Source of the DNA: Octopus sinensis | Lineage: Eukaryota | Direction: 5' to 3' | Assembly (NCBI RefSeq): GCF_006345805.1 | Contig: NC_043003.1 | Span: forward strand, 33,046,001 to 33,110,000 | Length of the DNA stretch: 64,000 nucleotides | Part shown: in pieces, positions 1-13,800 of the stretch | Layout: each line of letters begins with the position of its first letter | Position numbering within the stretch: position 1 is the stretch's first letter | Notes under the pieces: generated by a model | What the model saw: the letters and a program-made list of their open reading frames with translations, nothing else | Database searches by the model: none | Told to the model about the DNA's origin: nothing | Translations under genes and position numbers: made by a program

Positions 1-50
1 AGAAGCTTTGTGAGATTTGGTACACAGAAACCAGATGAAGCCTGTCATGT
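1..50 (+). mobile_element. Fragment of SINE family B (central part), truncated by window start
   Basis: AGCTTTGTGAGATTTGGTACACAGAAACCAGATGAAGCCTGTC resembles the reverse complement of the central part of the fuller copies at 40615-41010 and 63230-63650; followed by (TACA)/(TA) repeats. Confidence 0.45.
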
Positions 51-1779
51 ATACATACATACATACACATGTATATATATATATATATATATATAAGTTC
101 AGTATTACAGTCGCTAGGCTGAATCATGTCTAAAATGACTGAAACATGTTCGCTGTTGTGATTGTTCATCCGTAATATTTGATATACCCAAATATCAATG
201 TAGATCTCTAATATCTGATTTCGCAAATATCAGACTTGGATACTGAATATATTTGGTTTTCGGAGTTTTGTTAATGCGATTCTGGATAAAAAATATTATT
301 TGAAGTAGATTTAATTCTAATTAATTAAATATACTTTTGCTTCGCTATTTTACGTACATTACTTTCCATTTAACTATATGTCACCGAGGCAAAAGTCGTC
401 TATAGAAAATTTCCTTTCGTCGAACATTATGTCATGAAATGTCAATGGGAATATGTGTCAAACAATTGGAAACATAGCGACAAATTTTACGACATGTAAA
501 TGTCAAAATTTCCGGCATTTAGTGCTAAAATATATAAAGTTTGAAAATACAAGATATAGGGTCCAATAGTGTGATGTATAAGATAAAAGAATGCGTCGAT
601 TAATAACTGAGGTTACAATAAGTAAAGATCAAATATGACAATTATTTTCAAAGATTACGATATGAGTTCAGAATTGAGATATGTACGGAAAAAATAATTG
701 TAGCATGTGAAGAAAATAAATACTTGGGAGCTGTAACGTCAAATATTACAATATAAGGATGAAAGATTACTATAAGTAAAGTTAAATATTAAGACAGATA
801 AGATGAAATGTATGACTGGTAAGTTTACATGTAAGTTAAAAACATTGACCTTAATTTGCCAGTCAGAAGTTTCATGAGAAACGCTTTAAAAATTTGCTGT
901 TTTGTTTATATTTGTCTAATTCTAGAAAGATTAATGATAGTAATAATGAAGGTATTTTCAGATTCATGTTATTAATATCAATCATAATAACGCTCGGCTA
1001 TTGGTTAATAGAAGCAAAATGAATTATGTTTAGTTAACATTTCTATGAAAACAGATATGTCAGAGATGAAAAATATTTGGACAAAGTTTAGTCATAAAGG
1101 CGAATTTTTATTTACCAATACATAACCATTATTGCTATGAATATTAAACAAACTTTACTCTCACTTGTCGAAATTTTGAAAATGGGAATTAATGTAGATG
1201 CATATTTATCGGACATTTCAACCCGGCCTGTATTGTTTGCTAGATAATTTACACTTAGCCTCCATGACAATAAATAAATAAGCAAAATATTCGACAAAAA
1301 TGTAGGAAATATAAGTGAGATCTGCAGTATAAAATAACACACATACAGAGGTTAAAAAAGAACAAAACAAGAAATAGAAAGTTAGCAATGATTTCCAGAA
1401 ATAAGGTTATTTGAAAAATATTCACAATGCTTGAGGATTATAAAAAATTACTAAAGGTTAGAGGATAGCTAAAAGCAGCTATATCTACCGGAACTATTTC
1501 TGGATGGCAGCTAGAAAAGAGGAAAATAGTAACTAATAACAAGAAGCAAAAAGACGGAAAATAACCGTATAATATAAAGCAGACGAAGTGCCATGAAACC
1601 GGAAGCAACGCGTGCATCTTTGTTTGCTTCCGTTCAGCTAAGGTTTCTATCGTAAGCTAATGTTATAAAACTTGACGTTTCTTATTTCCAATTATTATCC
1701 TCCATGCTTTGCTGTTATTGTTGTTGCGCTGATTCTGCTGCTGATATTGTTACTGAAAATATCTTTTTTTTTTCGGCAT

Positions 1780-2570
<791 letters not shown>

Positions 2571-3539
2571 CGTCAGTATTGTTATTGCGGATGCTTTTGA
2601 GCGACTTTACATTGGCTGTTCTTATATATATATATTGTCACCGAAGTCACCGTTGTTGTTCTCGCTGGTTTTGCTCTTGTTTTTGTTATTTGGTATTACT
2701 GTTGTTTTTGTAATTATTATTATTTTGTTGTCATTGAAATTACATTTGAAGAAATACATACGTGGACCATGAGAGACACGCTTCTCTATCGACGACAGCA
2801 GTTGATGTTTCGACATATTACCGCTAATGAATTAACTTTAATAATAATGTTGTTATGTGTTGGCACAATGAACAGATAATTAGTAAAAACGAGTACGGAA
2901 TAGCCTAGTGAATGTAAGTTAGCAGTTACTTTAATCCATTGAAGTCTATGGTATTTCGTTTAGGACCACAGCTATAATTATTGATATTTCCCCCACTATT
3001 GAATATTACTGAAATATATTTAATAAGTCATAAAAATCGTAGTGTGTTTTAAATATTACACCTCCTACATTTCCGTTTCGCGTGAAAATCGCGAAGGAAA
3101 GGATATGATATATTCATCTAATTTTTATTTTTATTTTATTTCACAAATGATTCGTTCTCATATCTAACCCATATTTCAATACAGATTAAATGAAAGTTCT
3201 AATTGCACTATATAGCTGAGTATATCTTCTAAAAATATTTTGCTGAAATAGAACTTGTACTGACAGTTTGTTCTTAAAATAACAAGCATAGTCACTAGAA
3301 CTCCATTTCCTCCATTTTCTATCGATATCGTGCATGAGAGAAAATGAATTGCACAGGCAAACCTTTTTATATTGAAAACCTTATTTTCTAGGAAAATGAC
3401 GCACTGAATCATAAAGACAACTACGCAAACCGTATTAATTTATTACTTTATTTTTCTCTCTTTCATTTCAACTTTTGCAAAGAAACCGTTTGAAAGCAAT
3501 GTGTAAAATACGATGTTGTTCTTCATATTGATTTCAAAT

Positions 3540-3895
3540 TTTAGCGCAAGGCCAGCAATTTTGGAGGAGGGAATAAGTCGATAACCTCCACCCCAGTCTT
3601 TAACTGGTACTTTTTTAGGTTAAGCTAAAGCGTTTGACCCGAGCCAAAAAACAAAAGATAGGTGTAAAACAACTTGCTCTAAACGAATATGAAAAAATTC
3701 ACGATGTGAATTTTCTGAGGCCTCTCCCCCACCCCCTTTCGCGAGCGCGCATTTTTTTTACATATTCATTCAGAGCAAATTTACACCAATTACACTCTTT
3801 TTCTTTTGTGTTTTGGCTTGGGTCAAACGCTTTAGTTTGATCCTTTTTTTAACGACCTCAAAGGATGAAGAACAATGTCGACCTCAGCGGACAGA
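3540..3895 (-). mobile_element. tRNA-derived SINE family A, decayed and interrupted by a foldback insert
   Basis: AGTCGATAAC...AACTGGTACTT left of the insert and CGACCTCAAAGGATGAAG...GTCGACCTCAGCGGA right of it are consecutive parts of family A (compare 32625-32838). Confidence 0.65.
3625..3835. mobile_element. Foldback MITE-like insert (about 210 bp)
   Basis: Left end CTAAAGCGTTTGACCCGAGCCAAAAAACAAAAGA; reverse complement of right end CTAAAGCGTTTGACCCAAGCCAAAACACAAAAGA; imperfect inverted similarity continues inward for about 80 bp. Confidence 0.7.
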
Positions 3896-4414
3896 AAAAA
3901 TGTCGCTAAACCTTTTGCTCGACGCTGTAACGATTCTGCAAGTTCGCCACCCAATTGTTGTTCTTCGTATTGGGATATGTTTCAACGGATGACATTCAAA
4001 AGTAATTATTACATTTGGATAACTAAATAAAAAAAAATGATATTTCGCATTTTTCAGTTATTGGATTACAGTCATGGTGGGGTACTGCCTGGTATTTGTT
4101 GATTTTTTTTCAAAAAATAAATATTATTTCATGACTCACATCTCTTGATTGAAAGTTGCTCATGTTCTCATGATTTAAAAAAAAATGGACTGAATTAAAA
4201 ATTTCTTTCTTAAATTATTGTAATAGTAATTTTTATTCTTTTGAATAATAAATAATTACGTAAAACAACTGCTTTGATAATAAATTTAAGAATGAAAAAT
4301 TGGGTATCAGCTGTGAACTTGCACCTACAATTGAAAGATGTGTATGGCATGAAGACTATATCACTGCAGAACTGAGCCCCAGGACATAAAAAGGCGCTTA
4401 CTAAAATCTTAGCT

Positions 4415-4618
4415 TGAAATTTTGGCACATAGCCAAGAAATTAAGGAGCGGTAGTAAATAGATTGCATTAACTCCATAATTCAACTGGTATTCATTTTAT
4501 CAACCCCAAAAGAATAAAAGTCAAAGTTGACCTCAGCAGAATTTGAACTCAGGAACTGGCAAAATGACATAAAGCATTTCACCCGTCGTGGCAACGATTG
4601 TGACAGCACACTGCCTTT
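4415..4618 (-). mobile_element. SINE family A, decayed
   Basis: TTTATCAACCCCAAAAGAATAAAAGTCAAAGTTGACCTCAGCAGAATTTGAACTCAG matches the family A core and B-box. Confidence 0.7.
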
Positions 4619-4631
4619 GTGATTATAAAAA

Positions 4632-4835
4632 TATTGGTTTTAAATTTTAGCACAAGGTCAGAAATTTTTGGAACGGGGGCTAGTCGATAACATCGACCCC
4701 AGTGCTCCATTGGTACTTATTTGATCGACCCCGAAAGGATGAAAGGCAAAACTGACGTTGGTGGAATTTGATCTTAGAACGTAAGAAAGGACGAAATGCC
4801 CCTAAGCATTTTGCCCGGCATGCTTGTGATTCTGC
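4632..4835 (-). mobile_element. SINE family A
   Basis: GATCGACCCCGAAAGGATGAAAGGCAAAACTGACGTTGGTGGAATTTGATCTTAGAACGTAA. Confidence 0.8.
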
Positions 4836-5801
4836 TTTTGGGAATATTAAAATATCGCTAATGGTTTTTTGACTTTAAATGTTATTTCTTAAGTGTATTA
4901 CTTTCTTAACAATAAAAGAATTAACTGAGGTAGCCTGTCACATTTTTGGGAGAGACGCGAATAGACTACATTTAACAAATTGAGCGCTACCTCGTAGTTA
5001 GCTGCCATGAATGTAATAGACAACTAGTGAAGCACTTCAACTCAAGAAGTAGACCACACACTAAAACTCTGAATAGTAGAAAGCAGTAAGAAATGGTAAA
5101 TTTCAAAAGTTCCAGGCAAATTACTTAGCGGTCAGGCGCAAGTGCGGTTTAAAAAGAAAAGAATGTTTTAAGACAGCGAGAAAAATACCCGATCGCTCCA
5201 CCGAAGAGTAAAGCAATTTTCATGTATGGGATAAAAAAAAAAGCATGCTGCTTGTAGCCAGTGCCCTATGTATTCATATGATGTAACTGCATGCTCAATA
5301 TTAAGCCTGAGAAGCAATAATACTGACTACATTCACCAACCACTGGCATATGAAAAAGGTATGAATGCCATAGGATCAAATAACAAGACAAGAGTTGTGC
5401 CTTCTGTAATGAAACATAGAGTGCTGTTGAGCAGTTTAGAATGAGTTAACCCTTCAGTATAACTAAAAACAACAAAACAAACAGGAACGACAGGAGAAAA
5501 GATACGCAAAAGCAAAAACAATATCAAACCGAGTTGAACAAGATATCACACGAGGAGGGAAAAAAATAGAAACAGAAAGAAAATGTGAACAAAACGAAAT
5601 ATTGCTTTACAACGTTTATCTACAAATTTTCTTCCTCACATGAGCGCATGAGCACACCAATACACACACACACACGCACAAACAGAAACATACACGTACA
5701 TGCACAAGCTTACACACATGCACATTCAAAGACCCGGAAATACACACATGCCTGTGTGTGTATATATATGTGTATAATATATTATATATATATATATATA
5801 T

Positions 5802-5914
5802 ACACACAACAAAATACAACACACATCTGTATTGGCGTATGTAGCTATACACGCACACACATCTATCTATCTATCTGACTATCTATATCTATATATCCAC
5901 CTGCGCATGCGTGA

Positions 5915-5954
<40 letters not shown>

Positions 5955-5972
5955 TATATATGTATATATGTA

Positions 5973-6010
<38 letters not shown>

Positions 6011-6182
6011 TATATATATATATATATATATTATAATATATATATATATTATTATATATATATATATATACACACAACAAAATACAACACACATCTGTAT
6101 TGGCGTATGTAGCTATACACGCACACACATCTATCTATCTATCTGACTATCTATATCTATATATCCACCTGCGCATGCGTGA

Positions 6183-6240
<58 letters not shown>

Positions 6241-6273
6241 ATATGTATATATATATGTATATAATATTATATA

Positions 6274-6316
<43 letters not shown>

Positions 6317-6317
6317 T

Positions 6318-6378
<61 letters not shown>

Positions 6379-6380
6379 TT
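5802..6380. repeat. Tandem duplication of a 117-bp island (5802-5918 and 6070-6186), each copy followed by (TA)n
   Basis: ACACACAACAAAATACAACACACATCTGTATTGGCGTATGTAGC...CCACCTGCGCATGCGTGAGTGT present twice, identical by eye. Confidence 0.9.
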
Positions 6381-7189
6381 AGGGATTTTCTGCATAGAAA
6401 TATTAAGGGCGTACGTGTCTTTCAAAATAAAGATAGCCAGGCGCGCACACATACACGCACACATACACGCAAACGTACACACACACACACTCATACTCGT
6501 ACGTGCACATACACATGCACACAGACATGCACACACACACAGAAACACACACACACGCACACAGAAATATGAGACACCAAGTCGTAGTAATAGCGTAAAG
6601 AAAGTTGCCCTAACATACCCCACCAAAAAAAAGACAGATATAAATATACAAGCTTACAAACTCACACATGCTCAGTCATTCACACTCAGACACACACGCA
6701 CTGACATAATGACACACACACATACACATAAACACTCATGCATATGCAATTACTCACACGTACACTCATACACATATACACACTTATTTTCATACCCATA
6801 TAAGACACCTAGCTTCAATTTGAGCTATCAGAAAATCGTTAAACATTTACAGGCTGATGTTTAAATATGCAATACAACCGTCCATTAGAACACTTATAGG
6901 AATTCACGCAGGTACACTTTAACGCTGGCGTGGGCAATAAGATGAAACCAAGCTCCAGGCCAAATTATTTTCTAATAGAACTATGAGAGTAGAGATTCTT
7001 ATAAAGCAGTGTTGGATTATATCCACAGAACTTGTGGAGGAGGTCGGTAGGAAGAAGTTGGATTGCTAGAATTTGCTAACTTGAAGTATTGAAGTGATTG
7101 TCAAGTTTGTCTTGCCAGAAGGATCCATTGAAGTAAAAGGATGCTAGCTCAACGAAAGTGCTTGAGTGTTCCTGTATTTCATGCACGTA

Positions 7190-7359
7190 TTAATGTATGC
7201 GCCCACATACATATATACATACATGCATACATACACATACATACATAGATACACATATTGGTATGCTGCTTTAAATATATGTATATAATAACACTCATAT
7301 ATATGTGCGTATACACACAAATACGTATGTTCTTCATACACACACACAGAGACTTATAT

Positions 7360-7414
<55 letters not shown>

Positions 7415-7441
7415 TATATATACATATATATGTATATATAC

Positions 7442-7480
<39 letters not shown>

Positions 7481-7665
7481 CATATGTACATATACACATA
7501 TACACATATGTGCATATGTATACATATATAAAAATATATATACATATATGTTTATACATATACAAACATAATTCATACATATACATATATGAATATACAT
7601 ACATACACATTTGCAGAAGAATGTATGTATATATATATATATATATATATCTATATATATATACC

Positions 7666-7697
<32 letters not shown>

Positions 7698-7830
7698 AGT
7701 ATGTTTATAAGTATGGTTCTTGGAATGTATGTATATCACTATATACAACCACACACAAGCAACGCTTTCACACACACAGACATATATATTATGAATATAT
7801 ATATGAGTGAAAGTATTTGTGTATGATAGG
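7190..7830. repeat. (TA)n/(TACA)n/(GT)n microsatellite block
   Basis: Directly visible. Confidence 0.95.
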
Positions 7831-9619
7831 CGTAATAACAACGACTGACACAAGCGAAGCTTCATATTGAAGATGAGAGAGAAGTCTAATAGATAGGTTG
7901 TTGAATTTGGTTTTCTGGTGGTGTTGGTAGGATCAATTTCATTTAACAGCCAAACTTCCGCTTCATACAACTAATCAACTTTCGCATTTTCTCACTGAAA
8001 TACTGTTGAAATTATCCAACTAAGCTAATAACAGAACTCTATCTCTAGGTTCGCACAACGCACGTCACTTCTAAATTGTATTAATTTCGCCGTGTCCTTT
8101 GAGAACTATACTTTAAATTAAAATTAACGACGACCGACATAATGACTCTTCTTCATGTTTAATGAAGTCTACTTGTGTTGAGTGATTTGTGAACAGGTGC
8201 AATAATCAAAACGACCCGGGTTCATACACGTTTGAAGTTGTTCCTTAGTCGAAGCTCAACTATATTTGAACAAAGCCATCGTTAAACGCATTCTATCTGT
8301 ATCCACCCTTATTTCAGACATGTCCTATCCAAGGTATATTATCTAATACTTACTATTTCACCAATAAAGGCGTCGGAATGTGATTTGAGAGAAAGTTTCT
8401 TTTACTTTACGTAATAGGTCATGTGATCACACATATGTTTTCTCATTGGTTCGTTCAACTTTTATTCCCCACATCTGTAAACTTTATTCATATGCTTAAC
8501 AACAGTAAGATGGAATAATTACATTTTTATATCCAGCACTCACGGTGACGTAACATGTGCTAGATATAAACTTTGTTGGAAGATAGAAGTTGAATGCTGC
8601 AGATAGGTCTCGAATCGACATGTTCTCTGAGCATGAATTTTACCGTTCAAAGTGATTTTTTTTTTGTTAATCCATTGTTCTACACACTATTATCTATTTG
8701 TTTCGAGTTCTACCGATGAAAGACGATTTATTTCATATCACACGAAGTTTCTAAATTTCTACGACATAAAAATATGTGTATATTATAATGTACACACATA
8801 CACACACACACACACACACTGTCTCTCTATATTTCTCTCTCTCACATACACACACGCTCACACACACGCGCACACACACTGTCTCTCTCTCTCTCACATA
8901 CACACACGCTCACACACGCACACGCACACATAATCAGACACATATACACACACACACACACATACATGTACGAACATTATATAGACTATATGGCAACACA
9001 ATAAATGCATTCACGCGTGACAAACGCAGATATATACATATATACACGTATGTATGCATGTATGTGCGTAGTATGTATGTATGCATGTATGTATGTATGA
9101 ATACATGCATGTATGTGTGTGAGTGTGTATCTAGATGCGCGTGGCTAAGTGGTCAATGGGTTGCACTCATGATTGTAAGGTTGTAGTTTCAATAACTGGA
9201 CCGGGCTATGCGTTTTATTCCCGAACAAAATCCTTGATTTAGCGTTGTATTAGTTCTCTCAGCACGCAAAAGGAGTAATCTTCCACCGGATCCTACAAGT
9301 AGTCCAGAATCAAGCACGGAAAATGTCTGACCTTGCAATGGGTCGGATGTCACGTGTCTGACGACGTGACAAATTCCATCTGGCTGCATGTTACGTGTAG
9401 CGTTAAGATGAGATGCTATTTATGGTGTTTAAACTATATTCATTGTGAGACACCCAGTATGCAGCGTTGTCGAAATTATTCCGATAAACCAAAAGATGGA
9501 TGATGAGGAACTTCTATTCAATGGCATTTACTATTGAGTAAAAGCACACAGACATGCATGTAGAACTGACACTAATGGAGACTGGGTTCAGAGGTAAGAA
9601 ACAACACGAACCGAACATC

Positions 9620-10745
9620 TTAACGATAAATGAAAAGGTAGAGTGTATACCGAAGCGACCAACAATGAGCTTCTGCTCATAGTAAAACAACAATGTAATC
9701 CATACATGAGGCTGATAATATCACAAGACTTAGAAGGCAGCTCATTCAGTAACACTCTTTGTCTGATAACCTAGAATGCATGCCCAAAGAAGTCGTACGA
9801 CTCTAACGTAATGTATCCTCAGATGAAAGGGTGAGCCTATATGAGCACATGGATATGTTAGAAGAAAGCGCCGTGACGATACTAACATCGATCATCAAAG
9901 CAGTTTATCATGGACCAATAGCCGGATTACTAGTTCCCATTTTGAAGGGTATACGTTTGCAATCAAGGAACGGGAATATCAACCAAGTAACTGATACACA
10001 AAGAGGATAGGGATGCAGGAAAAGCAGTAAAATCTGACAACTGATGCAGACTTTGTGGAGTCCACATTGAAGATATCACCCACATCATAAGCAGTTATCT
10101 GAAAATGTTATCATTGCATTAGCTACCGATAAGACTTGATTTCTTGCTAGGACACTCTATAATGCTGTCCGTCGGAAGGATAATCCCGAGGACAAAGGCA
10201 TATGGACCCACAATATGGTAGAAGCCATAGTCACTCATAATAAAAAGGAGTACTGGTGGAATGTACCAGTGAAGACCTCAATAAAATGAAATCACAACAA
10301 ACCTAATATAATGGTTTGGGATAGAGAAGAGAAACTATGCACAGTTCTAGAAATTAGCTGCCCAGAGGATGTTAGCATAAAGCTTAAGATCAGTGAAAAA
10401 AAGATAATACCCACGCTGAACTATTGAGAAATAAGAAGTTACTTTATCCAGATTAAATGTTCAGGTTTATACCTGCAATTATTGGAGCCCTGGGATATGT
10501 AACCCTGCCTAAATACCAATATTGAGAAATTAGGCTTCTCAAAACCAGAAAGGAGAAAGCTAATGCGAAGACTACAGATCTAATCAATCACTGGAACTGT
10601 AAAAGTCTGTAAAACTTTCCAGAAGTTTATAATTTAAATATATATGAGCATATATATTAAATATATATGCAACTATATGCATGAGAAAACATACATAAAG
10701 CAAAGCTGCATACATATACATACATACATACATACATACATACAT
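9620..10745 (+). mobile_element. Decayed 3' part of an R4/Dong-type non-LTR retrotransposon (CCHC finger + restriction-like endonuclease), ending in (TACA)n
   Basis: Manual translation through stops and frameshifts: WITSSHFEGYTFAIKEREISTK, CRLCGVHIEDITHIIS (zinc finger), YWWNVPVKTSIK*NHNKPNIMVWDREEKLCTVLEISCP (PD..D-type REL region), FIPAIIGALGYV, SITGTVKVCKTFQKFII*; short 3' UTR then (CATA)n. Confidence 0.8.
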
Positions 10746-10764
10746 ACATACATACATGCAAGCA

Positions 10765-10880
10765 AAAGTACCATGTTGTTGATGTTGACATTCCGACGAA
10801 GGAGCCTCGAATCTAGAAACCGGCTCTATCTCTACTGGAAAGAAATCTTGAAATAAAACTGAACAATGACATACGTACAT
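10765..10880 (+). repeat. Short (about 110 bp) interspersed repeat ending in a CATA-type tail, copy 1
   Basis: TGTTGTTGATGTTGACATTCCGACGAAGGAGCCTCGAATCTAG...CTTGAAATAAAACTGAACAATG aligns with 12480-12620. Confidence 0.7.
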
Positions 10881-11204
10881 ACAGGCATACGAACTCGAAG
10901 CGACAATTCGGGTATTTGGTGTGGGACACTATTTATCGAAAATGCGATAAATACTACCTCCAGCTTTGGAGCCACAACTACCAGCCTTGTTGAATAACTG
11001 GTTAATCTTCAAATGAATTAACTGAGGAAGTATTTTATTCAGGATCGTAGTGATTTTGACTGAAACTTGAATTTAGCATGCACAGATTTATTGCAAACAA
11101 CATGGCCGGACACAACATCAACAGCAACACAACCGAGGAACAGAACGGAAACAATAGTCCAACAAGTAAACAGATTCTTTCTAGTTATAGTTATAGGAGA
11201 AAAT

Positions 11205-11360
11205 AATCTGTAAAACTTTCCAGAAGTTTATCATTTAAGTATATATGAGCTTGTCTAGATATGCAGGTATATGTATGAGAAGACATACATAAAACAAAGC
11301 ATACAAATCTGTATGTATTCATAGATCATACATGCATACGTACATACATACATACATACA
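11205..11360 (+). mobile_element. Extremely 5'-truncated 3' end of the same R4-type family as 9620-10745
   Basis: ATCTGTAAAACTTTCCAGAAGTTTATCATTTAAGTATATATGAGC matches 10605-10650; ends in (CATA)n. Confidence 0.8.
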
Positions 11361-11371
11361 TATATTACTGA

Positions 11372-11577
11372 TTCAATCCATCACTGGAACTGTAAAAATC
11401 TGTAAAACTTCCAGAAGTTTATCATTTAAATATATATGAGCATGTCTAGATATGCAACTAGATGCTTGAGAATACATACGTAAAATATGCAAACCTGCAC
11501 ATACATTCCTACATACATACATACATACATACATACATACATACATACATACATACATACATACATACATGCATGCA

Positions 11578-11609
<32 letters not shown>

Positions 11610-11610
11610 C
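11372..11610 (+). mobile_element. Third 3' end of the same R4-type family followed by a long (TACA)n
   Basis: TCAATCCATCACTGGAACTGTAAAAATCTGTAAAACTTCCAGAAGTTTATCATTTAAATATATATGAGC matches 10583-10650. Confidence 0.85.
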
Positions 11611-11929
11611 GACGTTTTTTGGTCTACCGTATATATACATATAGAGGTTGGTATGTATGTATACATGCATATATTTATATATTATTTATATTATTATATG
11701 ATCGAATGCTACACATCCTTTTCCAAGTAAGTTTTATCTTAGTAATTACAATACGCACTCTTCTATCTCTACAATCTCTTCTCTGTCTACCTCTCTCCCT
11801 CTCTTGCTCTTCATCCTTTCTGGTTTTCTCTCCCAGCCATCCCTATTCTTCTCCTCTCCTCTTCCCCGTTCCCTCTCTCTCACTCCTCCTCCACGACTCT
11901 CTCGTCGCTGACACGTGACGAAGTGCTTC

Positions 11930-12360
11930 TATCTTTCTGACCACCACCTTCGTAAAGTCAAAACGTGCTTATACTGTTTCCTTCATAAGCTCTCTTCCTA
12001 GCGTTCATAATATTTTTTTCTATCTTCTTGGCTTAACAGCCCTCACCGTTTGTTTGTTGTTACTGTTTTGTTATCACTGTCCTGTTCTTGTTACAACTTT
12101 CACCCTCCGCCAAAAAATCCCAAATTTTTATTTAATTTTCTTTCCGGGAAGGATTGTTTCAACGAAGTCGCGTCTTGTCCTTACCCTCGTTACGCGGAGT
12201 AGATGAAACAGGGAAAACTGAAGAAGGGGAATATTCTTTATGTTGCATGTCTCATTTCTTTGTTTGTTTTTTTCGTTGTTCGAAAAAAAGTTCGTTTCTA
12301 TGTTTTTGTTTTTATGTTTTCGTTTCTCATTGTGTTCAACGTTTTTTTATGTCCTGTACC
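11930..12360 (+). repeat. Interspersed repeat (about 430 bp) abutting (TA)n; homologue at 62120-62530
   Basis: Collinear match: CCTTCGTAAAG..AACGTGCTTATACTG..CTTAACAGCCCTCA..GTTTCAACGAAGTCGCGTCTTGTCC..CTGAAGAAGGGGAATATTCTTTATGTTG; class uncertain, possibly a Penelope-like terminal repeat. Confidence 0.75.
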
Positions 12361-12369
12361 CATAAATGC

Positions 12370-12414
<45 letters not shown>

Positions 12415-12479
12415 GGTATGTACATATATGTATGTATATATGCATATATTTATGTATTATTTATATTATAACAAACAAA

Positions 12480-12620
12480 AATACCCTGTTGTTGATGTTG
12501 AAATTCCAATGAAGGAGCCTTGAATCTAAGTTAGAAATCGGATCTTCTCTATTGGCAACAATACTTGAAATAAAATTGAATAATGCCATACATATACATA
12601 CATACATACATAAATACACA
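12480..12620 (+). repeat. Short interspersed repeat ending in (CATA)n, copy 2
   Basis: TGTTGTTGATGTTGAAATTCCAATGAAGGAGCCTTGAATCTAAG...CTTGAAATAAAATTGAATAATGC then CATA repeats. Confidence 0.7.
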
Positions 12621-12675
12621 CACACATATATATACATGCATTCATACAAACATACATACATACATACAGACATAC

Positions 12676-12718
<43 letters not shown>

Positions 12719-12989
12719 AGTACCTACATATATGTACACACTTAAAAGAGGACTTATTTAGAAATCTACATGTAAAGGTAAAGTCATAAATATGTGCGTG
12801 CTAACATACAAACGTACAGGAACGCCCCCCCCCTGCCGTCTAAAACACATATATAGACATATATATTTAATATTTATACATTTCTATATTTATTTCATGA
12901 TGGTGTATATTTTGTAATATATTGTATTGCAATCGCATTTTTTTCTTTCTACTTGAGCAATGAGGAATTAAATAAATCGACATCGTCAC

Positions 12990-13146
12990 TTTGTAGATGT
13001 CGTGATCATTATGATGATCATCATCATCATTATAGTCAACAGCAGCAGAAGCACTATTATTATTATCACTATTATTATTGTTGTTGTTGTCAGTATTTTT
13101 GATTTTGTTATTGCTATAATCACTGCTGTTGTTGCTGCTGCTGCTG

Positions 13147-13186
<40 letters not shown>

Positions 13187-13273
13187 CAGCACCACCACCA
13201 CCACACCAGCACCACTACTACAACTCCTACCATCACCGCCACCACCACCACTACTACTACAACTACTACCACA

Positions 13274-13308
<35 letters not shown>

Positions 13309-13385
13309 CACCACCACTACTACTGCTGCTACTACTACTACAACTACTACCACCACCACCACCACCACCACCATCACCGCCGCCG

Positions 13386-13429
<44 letters not shown>

Positions 13430-13800
13430 GCTGCAACCACCATTACTACTACTGATGCTTTTGTTACTAATTTTTGCATTTGTTGTTGTTGTTGTTGTGA
13501 TGCTGTGCTGACATCGGTAAGAAGTATGACACAAAAGATAAACAGTTGGGACAGGTTGGAAATATGACACAAACATGACAGGTGACATTAGAGAAAAAGA
13601 GATAATAGTGGAAACAACAATTTACAACAACAACAACAATTACAGCTACAACGACAACAATAAGAATAACAATAATCACGAGAACAAGTACATCACATCG
13701 ACTACAACATCAAACAGTCTACATCACAACAGCAACAACAATAGCAACAACAATAGCAACGACAGCATCAAGACAAACAGTCAGGATAACAATATATAAA
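12990..13800. repeat. Compound trinucleotide microsatellite (ATC, ATT, GTT, GCT, CTA, CAC, AAC)
   Basis: Homopolymeric-amino-acid ORFs in several frames on both strands, which is the signature of a simple repeat rather than a gene. Confidence 0.9.

Noticed and set aside
12986-13588. 200-aa Ser/Gly/Val-rich ORF and overlapping poly-amino-acid ORFs
   Set aside because: Compound trinucleotide microsatellite with no splice or codon evidence of a gene.
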